From Octopus sinensis (Eukaryota), in NCBI RefSeq assembly GCF_006345805.1, contig NW_021828563.1:1-8006 (forward strand): a DNA stretch of 8,006 bases. Direction: 5' to 3'. Under the pieces are notes generated by a model that searched no databases, was not told where the DNA came from, and saw only the letters and a program-made list of their open reading frames with translations. Below are positions 6,471 through 8,006 of the stretch, in pieces (within the stretch, counting starts at the first letter, position 1; the number at the start of each line of letters is the position of its first letter). The position numbers and the translations under genes were made by a program.

Positions 6471-6630
6471 CCACGTGGGGAGCTAGACTGAGACAAGTAA
6501 TCCTATATAAAAGGGTTCAAAGTCCGTGAGTTCCAGAGCGAAGAATCATGGAAACCAAATCAGCTGAGATGACGTCAGCGTCATTAATTGAACGGGTGGG
6601 GTGGGGTTATGGGGGTGGGTGGGCGGGGGT
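6471..6630 (+). promoter_or_regulatory. Candidate Pol II promoter/enhancer motif cluster
   Basis: CCACGTGG 6471-6478, TATATAAAAG 6504-6513, CAGCTG 6561-6566, full CRE TGACGTCA 6570-6577 plus half-site CGTCA 6579-6583, TAATTG 6585-6590, and GC-box-like GGGCGGGG 6621-6628. Motifs only; no linked gene is identified. Confidence 0.4.
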
Positions 6631-6661
6631 GTATTCTGCTAAAGCGACAACAGCAACAACA

Positions 6662-6831
6662 GGAGGCGCAATGGCCCAGTGGTTAGAGCAGCAGACTCGC
6701 GGTCGTAAGAACGCGGTTTCGATCCCCAGACCGGGCATTGTGAGTGTTTATTGAGCAAAACACCTAAGCTCCACGAGGTTCCGGAGGGGGTCGGCTGGCG
6801 AACCCCGCTGTACTCTTTCACCACAACTTTC
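6662..6831 (+). mobile_element. tRNA-derived SINE (another family), 3' truncated
   Basis: Perfect A box TGGCCCAGTGG at 6672-6682 and B-box variant GTTTCGATCCC at 6716-6726, with tRNA-like spacing. There is no acceptor stem, and a non-tRNA body follows. Confidence 0.85.
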
Positions 6832-6966
6832 AGCATTTGTAACGGCAATAGCAGCAGCAACGGCATCATCATCATTGTCGTCATCAGTACCGAGTCAAAC
6901 TGCTGGAAATAGCAACCAAAATCTTCGTCTGTAAATACAAAATATAACAAGACAATCCCCACTGAA

Positions 6967-7025
<59 letters not shown>

Positions 7026-7268
7026 AGGATGGTCGCCTCTATGTGTGCCTTTGTGTATGTGTGTGTGTATGTGCGTGTGTGAATGTATCCGAGTGAGTGT
7101 GTGAGTGCTATCATGGTGTCTGTATCGTAGGGCACATGTCTCTATATGCGCGCGTGCGTGTGTGTGTGTGTGTGTGTGTGTGCATGCGCAAGTGTGTGGG
7201 TGTGTTTGTGTGCACGCGCATGTGTGCGTGTATCCACGTGTGTGTCACTGTTTGTCTTGTGTGTGTAC
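6967..7268. repeat. (GT)23(GC)4 microsatellite and degenerate GT/GC-rich low-complexity tract
   Basis: Read directly. Confidence 0.95.
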
Positions 7269-8006
7269 GAGTATTTCCACATAGTTATATAGTTTGAAAG
7301 TTTACTAAGAGCCGAAAGGAACCCCTGCTGTCCCCTATAGAAAAAGGTTTATTATTTCTAGAACGAGCCGAGATGGCCAACACGTACATCAACGTCAAAT
7401 AGGGAACAGGCACCACGTGATAGCCATGTCTGTCTCCTCCGACATGATTGGGTAAATTAGAGAAACTGCAGTTCCGGTCCGTATGCTTGGGTACCGGTGG
7501 TCAGAAGGACCATCATACTATGAAGACCGATTCCACGAAAGGTTATGCCATGATCATCTTCGGCCATAGTATCTTCAGAGTTCCTTGGAATGAGATCCAT
7601 GGCGAAATTCTTTCATGTGTACACATCTGCTGAGGACACGGCATCAGAGATCTTTCAAAAACACTTGGGGCATGGTTCAGAAGTGTGTTCTCACAGAACT
7701 GCGGTTTAGGATCAAACGAAAACCGAATATGAGAGTTTGGTATCTCTAGTGTTTCCAGGTGCTCAAACAACCCTACATATGGCTATATTCAACCGATAAT
7801 GGCCTGGCATTTACTATAGGCGTTGACGACGATACTTCATGCAGATTTTTATGAGGAACTTTCGGATCAGTAATGCCACCGAAAGAATCTTATTTTCAAA
7901 GATGGCACAGAAATAATAGAACCTGAATGACATGAAGAAGGGATTAGCAAAATCCCCGCATACATATCTATGATGTATCCAGGATTTCTCTGGCGGAGGT
8001 TTATGG

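Noticed and set aside
5389-6529. Poly-S/V/H/Y/T/G and LS/HT-repeat ORFs, including the 187-aa ORF
   Set aside because: These are translations of tri-, di- and tetranucleotide repeats and the minisatellite.
6548-6754. 68-aa ORF as a real CDS
   Set aside because: It runs through the G tract and into a SINE. Only its ATG context is kept, as part of the promoter hypothesis.
7550-7580. Second hammerhead-like pattern on the minus strand (CTGAAGA...CGAAG)
   Set aside because: Stem II cannot form and the core is GAAG; there is no stem I.
7932-7973. MKKGLAKSPHTYL resembling the reverse-transcriptase MPFGLxxAPxTF motif
   Set aside because: No upstream catalytic-Asp motif is in register, and the stop density of this frame is about random expectation.

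Overview
This is eukaryotic non-coding DNA (intergenic or intronic) with no intact protein-coding gene. Most ORF-track entries are translations of microsatellites or antisense reads of dead transposons. The SINE families and extreme simple-repeat density look like an octopus (coleoid cephalopod) genome; this is recognition from memory, not a database result. Content: two dead, internally deleted Tc1/mariner (maT/DD37D-like) remnants in opposite orientation, six tRNA-derived SINE copies or fragments from about four families, a probable piggyBac-type MITE with an internal higher-order tandem repeat, many microsatellites, and a 7-copy minisatellite. The most notable unexplained structures are: (i) an ungapped 36-bp-arm hairpin at 4851-4931 (pre-miRNA-like or Made1-like mini-MITE) inside a segment bounded by a 13-bp direct repeat; (ii) a dense promoter-like motif cluster with a G-quadruplex at 6471-6630; (iii) a degenerate hammerhead-like core at 5499-5549. 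I see no evidence for a multi-gene system.
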